DNA of 64,000 nt from Octopus vulgaris (taxonomy: Eukaryota): assembly GCA_951406725.2 (NCBI GenBank), contig OX597818.1, positions 26,846,001 to 26,910,000 of the forward strand, read 5' to 3'. The notes beneath the pieces were generated by a model that saw only the letters and a list, made by a program, of their open reading frames with translations, was not told the DNA's origin and made no database searches. Each line of letters starts with the position of its first letter. Within the stretch, counting starts at the first letter, position 1. Shown piece after piece: positions 24,693-38,700 of this stretch. The position numbers and the translations under genes were made by a program.

Positions 24693-25677
24693 GTCCCTCT
24701 CTCTCACTAATCCCCATTCCTGTCCCCTCACTCTTTCATACTCCTTCCTTCAATAGTATTTATATAATTACTTTCTCCATTATGACCCATTCACAATAAA
24801 TTTATTCCTCATGTTATACTTTAGCCTTAAATCCTTCCTCTCTCATGTTCTTTCAGTGATGGAAACTCTTAAGCATTTTAGTCTTGCAAGTTACAAAACA
24901 ATCTCACTGATACTTATGCTTTGAAATAGCACCCAGTATACTCTGTGAAGTGGTTGGTGTTAGAAAAGGCATCCAGTAGTAGAAGCTATACCAAAACTGA
25001 TATTGGATCACGACATGGTCCTCAAACCATCAAACCCATGCCAGTATGGAAAGCAGACATAAGATGATGATGTGTAAGTTCAGTCCCATTACGTGATACC
25101 TTAGGCAAGTGTCTGTCCAACCTATGCCAGCATAATAGACATAAAAAGATGATGATGATATATAAATCATTGTCATCATTTAATATCCCTGTTCCATGAT
25201 GGCATGGGTCGGATGGCTTTACAGGATCTGATGGATGCAAAAACTGTATTGTGCTCCAGTTTCTACAACGGGATACCCTTGCTAATACCAACCACCTTAG
25301 TGTACTTTTCTCATGCCACCAGCACTCGTGAAGTTACCATACAGCTTGCAAACCTACAAAACACAAGGGGAGGGTCTTTATACTAGCAAGATGAGAAGAG
25401 GTGGGGCAGAGCAGGTTCTTGTAGGGGTGACTCACATTTAAGAAACTGAGAAACGGAACAGTAGTAACTACAAAGACTTATATGAAAAGCAAACTATAAT
25501 TGATGCTGATGCCATGTTAAAAGTACCGAGTACACTCTGTTGGCATTAGGAAAGGCATCCAGCTGCAGAAACCATGCGAAAACAGACAATGGAGTCTGTT
25601 GTAGACCCCAGCCTTACCAGCTCCAGTCAAATAATCCAATCCATGCCAGCATGGAAAGCAAATATTAAGTGAAGATG

Positions 25678-25723
<46 letters not shown>

Positions 25724-28700
25724 TATATATATACCGGAGTAAACACATAAATGTGAAACAAGGTGGAAAAACTGTCCGACGAATGGGAATGTGAAACTCA
25801 GAGTAACAGGTTTTGTTGAATTTTCAGCTGCTTTTGAATAAAGTATATATATATATATAACCATTTACCAGGCAAGGCAGGAAACACTACAACCTGTTTA
25901 TGAAGACAGTGAGGACAATATGAGATAGTGAGTTCCTGCACAGATTCTTATATACTAGAATTTGTGAACTTTACATTTATAAATCAATCCCCAATATTTG
26001 ACTGGTATTTTATTTTATCAACTGTAGAGGGATAACAGGTAAAGTTGAACTCTGCAGGATTTCAGCTCTGAGCATAAAGAAATGCCACAAGTCATTTTCT
26101 TTGAAGCTGTAACAATTCTATTAATCCTACATCCTTTACTTTGTAACATTGACATAAATTATTTTTGTTGCTTTTTAAAAAAGACTAAAACAAATTCCTT
26201 TCATAACAAAATCATATTCAAAACCTTGCACTACTTATAACTCTTTACCTTTTCTCTGTATTCATTAATGGCTGTCAAATTAGGCTTCATCTTGCTCAGC
26301 TTTTCTTCCAACACAGTAATCTCATATTTAAGTTCTTCGACATTTGTCCTAGCCAATTCTTCAGCATCAACAGTTTCCAGAGGTGGAGGTTCTTTGTTTC
26401 CAATAGCATGAAGGGTTAACTGAGAAAGCTAAAAACACAAAAGCATTTTTCATTCAGATAATCACAATTGTTGTCAGTAAATAGATTTCTAGGAAAAAAA
26501 AAGGTTACATAGGTTTTTAAAAGGAGGCATATGGTGTAGTGGTTAAGCGCGCAAGTTACTAACCCCAAGATTCCGAGTTCGATTCCAGGCAGTGACCTGA
26601 ATAATAATAATGGTATTGAAAGCCCAGGTTTGAAATTTTCCCAAGAGACCTAATGAAGGCTGGAGGGTATATCAGCCGAAACATTGTGTTAACAACAAAC
26701 AAGATGAGAACAAATATCGTCAAATGCAAATATTGTAAAAGATCTATAAAAGGGTTATGTAAAATAAAATACACTGGTATTCAAAGCACCACTTTAATAT
26801 ATTGGTTTTAAATTTTGGCACAAAGTCAGAATTTCCAAGGAGAAAGGAAGTCAATTACAATGACCTCAGTGGTATTTTATCAACCCCAAACCTGAAAGGC
26901 AAAGTCAACCTCATTGAAATCTGAACACAAAATATAAAGACAGGCAAAACACTGCTAAGCATTTTGCCCAGCAAGCTAATGATTCTGCCAGCTCAATGCC
27001 TTTGATATATTTAATATACCAATAAATAATAAAAGTAATTAATTTTTTATGAACCAGTCTAAATTCATGATTATTTTAGAAGTGAAACACATAGGAGTAA
27101 CAAAAAGCAATGAAAAGGGTTAATAGAAATACAAAACATTTAAAAATTAAAATGGAATCACTCTAAATGTTCCACCTAAACTGCTAAACAGAAATCCTTC
27201 ACTTCCTATATCAATCAAATTTGTATCATTTCCTGCTTCGTCATATCATTTTTTACTTACAAGTCTATAACAATTAACTATTGCTAGAGATAAGGTTTTC
27301 ATACCTGTTTCTTCCAGTGCTTCATTTTTACTTGATTAGTTTTCACAACATCTTCATATTTTTCTAGTTTGTGCTGTAGGTCAATATTCTCTTTTGACAG
27401 GGCCGTTTCCTCCTTCTCAATTTCACCCAATTTCTCTTTAAGATCGGATAAGATTTTTTCATGGTTTTCAATTTTCTCCTGCAAATCACAGCAGATAAAA
27501 TAATTGTAAATCATCATCATCATCATCATTGCCATCATCGTTTAATTTTTAGTTTTTTAATTTTAATAGCCTTTCATGCTAGCATGGGTGGGACAAGTAA
27601 ATAAACACAAAAATTAAAATTCAGTTCTTTTCTCAAATACTTTTTTTTCACACTGCTAAGTTACAAGGACATAAACACAGAGTTTCATTTTAGATGGTGT
27701 AAATGTAAAGAGAGACAGTCACATACAAACACACACACATACCTATGCATATATATATGCATATGTCAATACAAAAATGCATGAACACACACACAGAGCA
27801 GTCTACAGCAGTTTCTATCTACCAATTTTACCCACAAGGTAATGGTTGGACAGAGGTTGTAGAAAAGAAACAGCTGGAAGAAATTTCTTCAAAAGGGACA
27901 TCAAACCAAAAAGTTTTGATTGCAGGTGCCAATCAGTGCAAAATATCTCTACCAGAAACATGGCATAATGTTCCTTGTGGGAAATGAACTATCAAATTTT
28001 TTGGGTGGTACACTAACCTTCAACCAACTTTCTATTCTTACAAGATATTAGGATTATATAGATATATTACCATACATAATATATATATAGAGAGAGATCT
28101 TTCTTCCTATAAATTTGAAGTCAATAATAGCAAGCTATCAAGCCTGCCTTGCTGAAAATAATAACTATTTCTTGATTAAAATGGTTAACATGAAAATTAG
28201 TTACTAGCTTTTAGATAAGCCTCAGCAAAGTCTATGAGAATGGAAATTATTTTTCAAATTATAAAATCCATAAGAGCATTTAAAAAAATTCAAATCCCCT
28301 TGAGATGAAAATAGAAAAAATATAATTAAAAAAATAAATAGAACAAAAATATATAACAACTGAGTTATTAGGTAAGCTATTACCTATCAAGATAGGACTT
28401 AGAAATCAACCAATGAAGCTAAAAACAATTGCTATTTCTACTTCAATTGAGTATTAAAAAGATCTTCATGCACTAATTCATTTCCTTCAAAATTTCATCC
28501 AAATAGTCAGGTTTGTATTCAGCTCAGGAAAACTTGATAAATTATATAAAACTTCATAAGAAAAACAGAAAGTGAAATTTAATTCATGCTTTGTCATGAT
28601 TTTTGACTGTTCTGATATGTGCAAAAACTCTATAATTTTCATACTATTTTGCAATGTTTGCATGGACCAGACAGAATTTGCCGAGTTCACAAACATACAT

Positions 28701-29683
28701 ATACACTCATGCACATATGCATGCATTGGGATTCTTTCAGTTTCAAATTTATCCACAAGGCTATGGTCAGCCCATGGCTAAATCAAAACTTGAATAAATA
28801 AAAAATGAAGTTAAGAGTGAGGAATGTAAGTTGAAGTTAGTTGATTAAGTTTATCCAGATCATACCTTTACTTCTGAATGAGATGATAAGACTTCTTTAG
28901 CTTTCTCTTCCAAATCTTTAAATTCGTTGTTAAGAGCCTCAAGTTTCTTTGCCATTTCTTCTTTTTCTTTCTCCAAAGATTCTAATTTTTCTTGGGATTT
29001 CTTCAAATTTCTAAACAAATGATTTCACGTTAATTCATTTATAAAGCATTAAAAACAATATTCTCAAAGCTAATTATTTTAAAATTCCTTATTTGTTTTG
29101 TCTGTTTTTCTACATTAGATGGGTTGGATTATCATGAACCCTCACCTAATTTTCAACAAATAGATTTATTTTATTCCACTCATCTTCAAACGTGCAATTA
29201 CAGGACAATTTGTTACCAGAGAACGTCAACAAATATCAGTCTTTTGCATGCAAAAATGTGGAATGCAACTACATATACAGACAAGCACACATGCACACAC
29301 ACACATGACAGGCTTCCATACAGTTTCTGCCAACCAATTTCATTCACAAAGCATTGGTTGACTTGAGACTAAAGACATATACACAAAGTGCCACACAAAG
29401 AAAGATAACCCAAGACCACATAGTAAGAAAGCAAACTATATAACCAGAGAGCCATACCAATATTATTGCACTCCAATGCAATAAAATTGGTCAGGTTTCC
29501 TACAAATCATCATTGTCTAACATCCCTTTATCCATGCTTGAATGGGTCAGGTGGAATTTGTTGAGGCAAACTTTCTATAATCACATGCCTTTCCTGTCAC
29601 TGTTTCCAAACAAGGTTATATTTCCCCATGACCATGGAAATTGGAAACAAACAACACTGCTTGTATGACAGTGATACTTGCTT

Positions 29684-29738
<55 letters not shown>

Positions 29739-32700
29739 GTTTCTTTCAGTTTCTGTCCATTAAATCCACTCCCAGAGCTTTGGTTGGCCCAGCAATATAG
29801 TGGGAAAAACATTTTCCCAAGATGCTTTGTAATGTGACTGAACTCAAGTCATGGTTTAGAAGCAAGCTTTTCATCCACACACCTAAATGTAAAGTATTAT
29901 TATCTGGAAGCATTAGGGACTGAATTTGGAAAGAATATACTCAAAGAATGGAAAACAAAAAATCCCACTTGCTTCTACAGATTTATCTTACTAAAAGAAC
30001 AGTAAAAATCATGTTTTCCAAATGTTTGAGCCTTATTAGTTAAATGATATTATCTAAATTCTTATTTGTAAGTCTTTTATTCAAATAATATTTTTTAATA
30101 TTTATTAATTTTTTTACTTTCAAATTATCAAACTATACTGTTTATACATTTTAGAGTTCATATCTGTCTACAGGTAATACATTTCTGCACCTTGTACATC
30201 ATCAGTATAGTAACAGAACAATAGATAGTCAATTAATTATGATCATAAATTAAGACAATTACAGGAATACACTGATTGAAAATTAATATAACTATCATTG
30301 GACAAGATATACCAAAAAGGCTATAGATATAGGACAAATATAAAATATGTATAAACAATGTAACATTGAGTCACTTGCTTTTAATGATAAAGAAGAAAAG
30401 AATTAATTTTCATTTGCTTTCATCCCATACATGAAAACTAGATGGAATATTAATTAAACATTTTAAATATGAATTTGTGATGAAACAAACCTCTTGGAAG
30501 TAGTGACTCCTACAGTAGTTTTAGTGATCTGACCAGTTACCTGATCGATATTGTTTGAGATGGCATCAACTCTAGCTTGGACAGCTTTTAATTTGTTTCC
30601 ACCAATGTCCATAATTTCTTTATGTAGCCTACAACAGAAATATTACTGAATTATCTGAAAATATTACCCTGTGAAATAAGCAGCTTGAAACTATTGATAA
30701 AGTAAGAATAAAGGAATAAAATTATGAAAGAATTAGTGTAAATGGAAATGAAGTGTTAGCTGAAACCATTGCAAAATCCATTCATTTTACTTAATTGTTA
30801 ACCTCCCCCATTTTCACTGACAGATCTATCTATTCACTGAATAGATATAAGTGGTTGGATATTCCACAAACACTTGTAATTTTAGTGTATTCATCCAGGA
30901 GATTCAGCATAGCGGTGTGATAAGGGTGGTTCTTTGAACCAGACATAGTCCATCTTCTGACAGGCTTCTACACAGTTTGTGTCTGTTTGATTTTATTTAC
31001 AGAACTTGTGTCAAACTAAGACTATGATACAAAACACTTGCTCAAGACACAGCATAATAAGATCAAACCCAGAACCTCATGACTGAGAATTGCACTTTTT
31101 CACCAGCCCATCGTCCCTCAATAAGCAAATGATACAGAAATAGTAATAGATGAGAAAGCCAGCTTTAACCCCTTAGCACTCAGATTTAGCATTATTGTCA
31201 AATGTAAGGCTTATTTATTCACATTGCAGCATAGGTGTGAGAGGCTGGATCTGGCCAGTTTAAACATGAAATAGTAGAATACTGGGCCAGGTATAGCTGG
31301 TTTAAATGCTAAAGGGTTAATATAACAATTGAAAACAGATTCAATGGTTGGAAATTAATTCATAAAAATGAATAGTGAAAATGAAGACGTTTCTCACCTT
31401 TGAACTTCCTTTTCAATTTTGGAGACAACTTTAGCATCTTTTTCATAAACTATAAGTGAAATTATGAAAAATTATGCAGGATAAAAATACTAAATAATTA
31501 TAATCAATGAAAAAAAAATCTGAGCTTAGCCTTAATAAAGTAACTTAATAGTAAATAACAATCAATACAATAATAAACATGAAAAAGCAAGTTAATAACT
31601 ATTTTCATGGCATTCATTTTTTTAGGAGGAATATATCTGACTACTATGTTACTAGTACTTATTTTAACATTGCTTAGAGAAATGAAAAATAGAACTTGGT
31701 GAAATTAAACCAGAAATTAGAACATAATGTTTTTGGACTACTGCTCTCTCAACTCTGACAACATTCCACTCTATATAAATTTTTTTGAGGCAGGACACAG
31801 CCAATTTTCTCAGGACAGAGATATCGATAATTTAGTTGAATTTAAAGTATTATACATACTTATTTTATCAGCTAAAAAAATGTGAACTACAAAAATCGAT
31901 CCTAGTGAAATATGAACACAATGTAAGACAAAACAAGATACATTTCCATCAACTTGCAACTATCAAACCAAATTGTTTAACTGAAGAAGTGACATGAAAA
32001 AAACATTAAATAATGGGCCATCACATACAATGTACAAAAAATAATGCTTACTGCTTTTCAATTTTTCAACTTTTTTCTGCAAATTATCCACTTCAGCTTT
32101 ATCAGGGGCTGCAGATTTTACTTTTTCTTTTTGTACTACAATTTGCTGAGTCAGAGTTATCTCTTGCTCTGATAATGCCTGAAAAGCAATAACACAGTCA
32201 TTTTACAAAGAGCAGAAAATGTAATAAAGTACAGAATTTAATTTTGTTAGTCTGAGCCTACCTGAAATTTTTTGTTTGTAGTGCCTAACTCTCAACAATA
32301 AACTATTCATATTTAAATGAGAACATTAAAACAAAGCTTGTAACCATGTTCATGGTAACACACAGCTTCACTAGATAAACATTTTACATTATTAAACACT
32401 TTTCGGTGTGAAGTTCTTTTCTCCAAATTTTTGGGAAATTTTACCCTACATCATAATGGTCACATTTCTGTAACTTTTGTTTTAAAAAATAGATATCACC
32501 TTTACATTCATTGGTAGTGAATCTGAATTTGAAGGATTTCCAAAACAAGAAGTGTCAGATTTAAATGTGAAATGCAACAAGTATGATCAAGTTCTCGAGG
32601 GAGAATCAGCTACATCAATTTCCAGTGGTGATAACAGTGACTCCCACAACAACAGCTCTGACAATGATAACAAATGGAGTGAAACTTTAAAAAACATTTC

Positions 32701-35700
32701 TCTTCAAAATTTTACACAACTGAATGGATCTAAATGCAGTCTTTCCAATATATTGAAGTTGTGTCAGTATTTCCATATACAAGACACTAGCAGTACTGCA
32801 GTAAATTGAGATAAATATGACCCCTTATTTAAAATAAAATCCTTCCTGACAAAGAACAAACGCTATGGTAGACCAGAAAAAAAAAATGCTGTCTATTAAT
32901 GAAAATACGGTGGATTAAAAAGGCTGAATGCATTTTCAACAACATATGCCATGAAAAACTCACAAAATGGATGATCAAAGTCTGGAACACTTTTAAGTGA
33001 GTACTGGATATTGCAGTGATTTTAATTTTGTTATGTGGAAGAAAGATAATAGTGTAAGTCAACAAAGCCTAGAGTACAACAGGGTCTGGGTGTTAAAAGT
33101 TTTTTGTTATGTATGTTACGTCAGAAAAATAATGTACAATTATAAATGGATGTTTTATTGAACCCACAAAAAATGTTTTCTTTTGTCAAATAGATATATA
33201 GAGAATAAATGTGTCATTAATAGACATTGATATTCTTGAGGAGTTTATTACATTAATGGTAGAAAATATGCCACCTTTGTAAAAAGATTTTTAATGTTTA
33301 TCATTATAAACTTTTGTTCAAAAATTGTTTCCATTACAAATTTTTAAATGTCCTTGGAAATAAATTTCATAATAAAACTGTAAACAATATTTAAAATTAA
33401 TAATAAATAAATTTTACAAATTTTATTTGTCGTAAATGCTTTCGATTCTTTTTTTCAACAGTGACCTGTCTCTATTATTAACCATCTATTACAAAACTAA
33501 AGTACTTTTTTCACTAGTAATGTCTAGGAGGGTATAGAAAAATGAAAGATTCCAAAAGGAGCCATAAACCCCAAAAAAAGGTAGGGAACCAGTAATATAG
33601 GACATCAGCCAATAGCATCCATGCATAGGGACTGAACTCCTATGTGGTTAAAAAGTGAACTTCTTAACCACATAGCCATGTCTACACCTATTTTTAAATA
33701 TTCTTTATAACCATTTAGCTTCTATTCTCCAGCTACCAGGTTACTATTTCCTTTTTCCATGCTAATATAGGTAAGATGTTATGATTGTTTTTTTTTATAT
33801 ATATTTCAATATTGTCAAAACATGCCTTCAATGTAAAGATCAGTTAGATCTTACTATGAACTACAACAGACCATATTGATAATATTAATAATATTAAATT
33901 AGATCTCAAAGATAGATATTGACTCCAAACTTTCTCAGTTTCACTTCCCAGCTGTAGGTATTTCAAGTGCTTCTAAGAACAAGAGAATCAGATTTCATTC
34001 ACACATGCCTGAAAAGCACAAGTCATCTACTCCCTAAATTATAACAAGCTACATCCCACACGAGATGAATTACTAAATGAGATCACTTACTTTAACTTCC
34101 ATACTGTATTTTTGTAGACAAATATTATTAAGTTTCAGAGAATCTTCCAGTTCCTGTATGTAACTTTCAAGCTTGTTTTTCTTTTGTCGAATATTTGCAG
34201 TTTCGTCAGTTAGCTGAAAACATTTCCAAAATGACATAAGAAATTAAAACAAAAGTTGTATTTGATGAAGCATTACTGGCAACTAGAGAATAAATACATC
34301 AATGCTGAACTAACAAAGCAGAACACAGAAATGTTAATTTGTTGAATTTTAAAAATAATTTTACATCCATTTACTTGTAATCATCATCATCAAAAATCTG
34401 TGTTCCATGCAGGCAAAATTTGGACAGCTTGACAGGATGTGACAAACCACAGCAGGACTGCACTGAACTGAAATGTTAGCTTTGGTATGGTTCCCATGTT
34501 TGGATGCCCTTCCTAATACCAGCCACTTTAGAGTGTATACCTGGTTCTTTTTTCACAATACTAGCAAGGGAAAATGAAAATCAAAATCGATCAACATCAA
34601 TGGAAATTCTAGCTGTGATACCAGTGCCGGTGGTACGTAAGCGAACCATCCGAACATGGCCATTGCCAGCGCCGCCCCGACTGGCCTCTGTGCCGGTGGC
34701 ACGTAAAACGCACCCACTACACTCACAGAGTGGTTGGCGTTAGGAAGGGCATCCAGCCGTAGAAACATTGCCAGATCAGACTGGGCCTGGTGTAGCCTTC
34801 TGGCTTCCCAGAACCCAGTTGAACTGTCCAACCCATGCTAGCATGGAAAGCGGACGCTAAACGACAACGACGACCATCATCATCATCATTATTACATATA
34901 TATTACTAGCACTAGTGAGGCCACCAAGAAACTTGCAAAACAAGAAAAGAAAAAGGCACCTCAGCTGAGTAGGACTGTATTTGAGAGAAGGGAAGGTGGC
35001 TTTATGCTAGGCTAGAGTATGAAAGAGGGAGAAGCATAGGGGTCTTGCTGTAGAAGAAATACATGGTTACCCCACACTATAAGGGTTGGTAAAAGTAGCT
35101 GGAAAGAAAATAAACATGGTGGTGACATGGTTGCCAGATCACACTCGGAAAGTATGAGAAAGTGAGTAAAAGAGAGATACAAACACTGGATAATCTTAGA
35201 GTGTGTGAGAAGATACAGATAGGGGAGAATGTAGTGAGTGATGAAAAAGAGTGGAAGTGTCGTTGATGGTAAATATCCGTAGAGAGGGGAAACTGAGACA
35301 GAAGTGACTCAGGAAGGAGGATGACAGCAGAGGAAAGGAGGAGAGCAGCAGTATTAAACCTGTAGGTAGATCAGCATGCAAAGAAGTAATGTTCAGGGCG
35401 TCAGAGTGGGAGGGGAAAGATGTGCAGTAACAGAGAGGAAGGTCAGTGGTAAATAAGGATGGTTATAATGAGTAGGGAAATAAGGATGGTTAGGACCTCA
35501 CTTTTATTGTGATGGATGGGTCCTCTCAAACACAGCGAATAGCTAATCATCTTAGTCCTTTGTCCTCGACTCCATGAGGTTCAATATCTTCTGATCTACC
35601 TTTACCATTTTGTCCTATGTCTTCTTGGATTTTCTCCTTCTACAAGTTCCATCTACTTTCAGTAATCAGCACATTTTTTATACAGCTGTCCTCAGCCATG

Positions 35701-38700
35701 CACATCATATAACCACACCATCACAGTCTTCTCTATTGCATGCTACATTTGATTCCTGTTACATCTACTTTTTATCTCAATGTTTGCACTTTATCATGCA
35801 AGCACACTGACATTGCGCATCCAAGAGTATACCAGCTTCATCTTTTACATGTCCTCTGCATTCAGGGCCCATATCTCACTACCATGTAGCATTACTATAC
35901 ATACACAAGCATCATACAATGTCTTTCAGTCTGAGAGGACTTTTTGTTGCCAGCAGGGGCAATAGCTCTCTGAACTTTCTCATCCTATTCTAACTACTAC
36001 ACTTTTAGAGTATCCTCTCCCACTGCTATTTAGGTCACCTAGGTAACAGAAACTATTTACTACCACCTGAGCATTCAAAAAAATCTATTTCCCATGTGTC
36101 CCTTATATTTATTGCTTCTGCACATCTACACACAAAGGCTACTTTCTCTATTAACCTTTCTGTGATTCCATTGTACCCTGTGTGTTCTGCAGCCTGCAAC
36201 AAGCACATCATATGGAATTCCTAGCTAAATCTTTCCTACATATCAAGCAGGGCCATTTACCTGATGGGAGTAGAGGCCTGTGTTTTCCTGCTCACTAGAA
36301 CTTTTATACTTTAACTCGTAAGAGATTTACATATTGTAGCAGAACTTTTTATTCACAGTTGAATACTTTACTTTTTACTCTGGAGTGCCTACTAATTCTG
36401 AGATAAATATTTAAGTTTCATTAAGTTTCTATGCAGTAGAGAGAAGAAAATTTTTTGCAGACCAATCCATTCCACGATTAGTTTCCTTGGAGTGTTTCGT
36501 TTTGTTTTTTTGCTTTTTTTGTTAATAATTATTTTCAAAAATACTAAAATAAATTCCATGTATATTTTTACTGCTTTTAACCAAATGAATATTTACCTTT
36601 ACTAAAGCTTTTTCTACTTTCTCTAATTCCTTAGGGTCAATTTCTTCAATGACAGAAGATCCCATTCGACCTTTTAAAACAGTGTTGCCTCCACCACTTA
36701 TGGTACCTGAAATCATAAATACAATTTATAACCATATTGTAATGCGACAGAAAGAAATGAGCTTATGATCAAAGCTAAATTTGAACATTGCAAAATGGTG
36801 AAAGATTCCAGAAGGCCAAGTTCAAGTCAAATCATTATGCCTCAATAACCCAAAGGTATACAGAATATTCAGTTTATACAAATAAAAAAAGGCACCATTG
36901 GAAAAAGAGCCAGTGTTATATTAGAAACTGGATATGATTAAAATTGTTCATGAAGTTTCAAGAAATAAATTTTATCCTTTAAGGACGAGATCCAATAATA
37001 AACTGAATGAAAAATTTTCAGAAGACTCCAGTCAATACCAGTTTCATGAACAGCAAGAAAATTTTAAAAAGAAAACTGATTTTTTGCAATCTAATTCTAA
37101 AACAAAACTTTAAAAAAAATTTTCCATTTCATGCACAGAGGTTTACATAAAAAAAAAGTTGATGCAAAGGAAAAATAACAGTCTTCACACAAGAGGGAAA
37201 ACCATGCAGAAAATTAAAAAAGAAAGAAAAAAGATAAGAAACATTAAATCAAGGAAGAACAGAGAGAAATAAAAGGTAAAAGAAAGGAGTAGTGATTGAT
37301 TAAGTAGTTCAGTGAGACAAAAATGCAGGCAATTTTGGTAAAACTATGAACAAAACAATAGAAAATATTTTTATGCATGATATGGTCCAGATTACATTGG
37401 ATTTAAAAAAGCAAAAATTAATGCTTGAGTCTGGAAAAACCATTCTGGTTTAATCTAAATAAAAGGTTAACTTCACTGTGAGCAACAGAAATGGGACAAT
37501 TATTTGTGACTGGTTCTGCTGCAGTGGATCAAAATTACAAAAAATCAATTAAATTATATCCAGAGATATTTCAGTTTCACATACTGACCTGATATATCAA
37601 TAAGTGCTCCTTGTAAAGTAACAACTTTGTAGCGAGTTTTGCCATAGGCAATGCGGGTAGCCTGGTCAAGATCCTTTGCCACAAGTGTATCACGTAGGGC
37701 AAAGTAAAATGCTGGTGCAATAGTAGAATCTTTTATTTTGACAAGATCAAAAAGACGAGGAACAGATTCAGGTCTGAAGGTAAAATGAAGAAATTTTACA
37801 AAAATTTTATAATAGTATGGAAATCCATATTCTACAGATATAACAAAATTAGTGCAATTTGTGTGACCATTTCCAGAAATTACAAATAATTTATCAGTTC
37901 ATACACCATATAAATTTCATATTCAGTTAGGAAAATCAAAGAAAATTTATGAAATCTTTCAGTTGTGTTTGCTTTGAAACTAAAAACAATGTTAATCAAT
38001 TACATTGTTTTTAATCAATAATATTGCACACCATATTTTTTTACATAAAAATTATTCCTACTTCTAATATCAACTATATTTATTGGTATTTTCTATTTAA
38101 ATATTATTTTACCGTACGTATTATATATCTCAGTGTATAATATATGACCTAGAGTTCAATGCCTGAATGCAGTCTCTAAATACACCATATAAACTGCTGA
38201 TGTATGTTAGAGCTCATTTAACGATAAGTGAATGGCTATTTCCTGAGCAAGGATAACTGTAGTAACTCACAGATAATTTCAGTTGAACTGTCAGCTTGAA
38301 CAGCTGTCATCCATTGGGATCAGTCAGCATATGCACAACCACTTGAGTTTCTCTATGCTAAGCATATACTAGCACTTAGAACACCTTACCATACAAAAAA
38401 AATATCTTTTCAATGTCCTTCACATCACAGTAAATGCTAATATCCTGAGGTCAGTCTCCTATCTGCCATCTGGGTGGAGGCATACAAAGTAACTTGAGTG
38501 TTTTATTTTTTTGATACTGGCTCTGATTCATTTAACCCCTTCCCCGGCTACTTTTTTTTTTGAGAAAACCTTTCATTTTCAGACGAATTTTTTTTTTTTT
38601 TATCAGACAAGCTTGCACTCTCGTCTGATGCATTCAAGCTTCTAATAGAAGAGTCATGCTCTTTGTCATGTTCTAAGCTCGACATCTGTGTGTAATTTGT

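Noticed and set aside
26523-26600. Functional tRNA gene
   Set aside because: A and B boxes are present, but the acceptor and anticodon stems do not pair and there is no oligo-T terminator; this is a SINE-type head.
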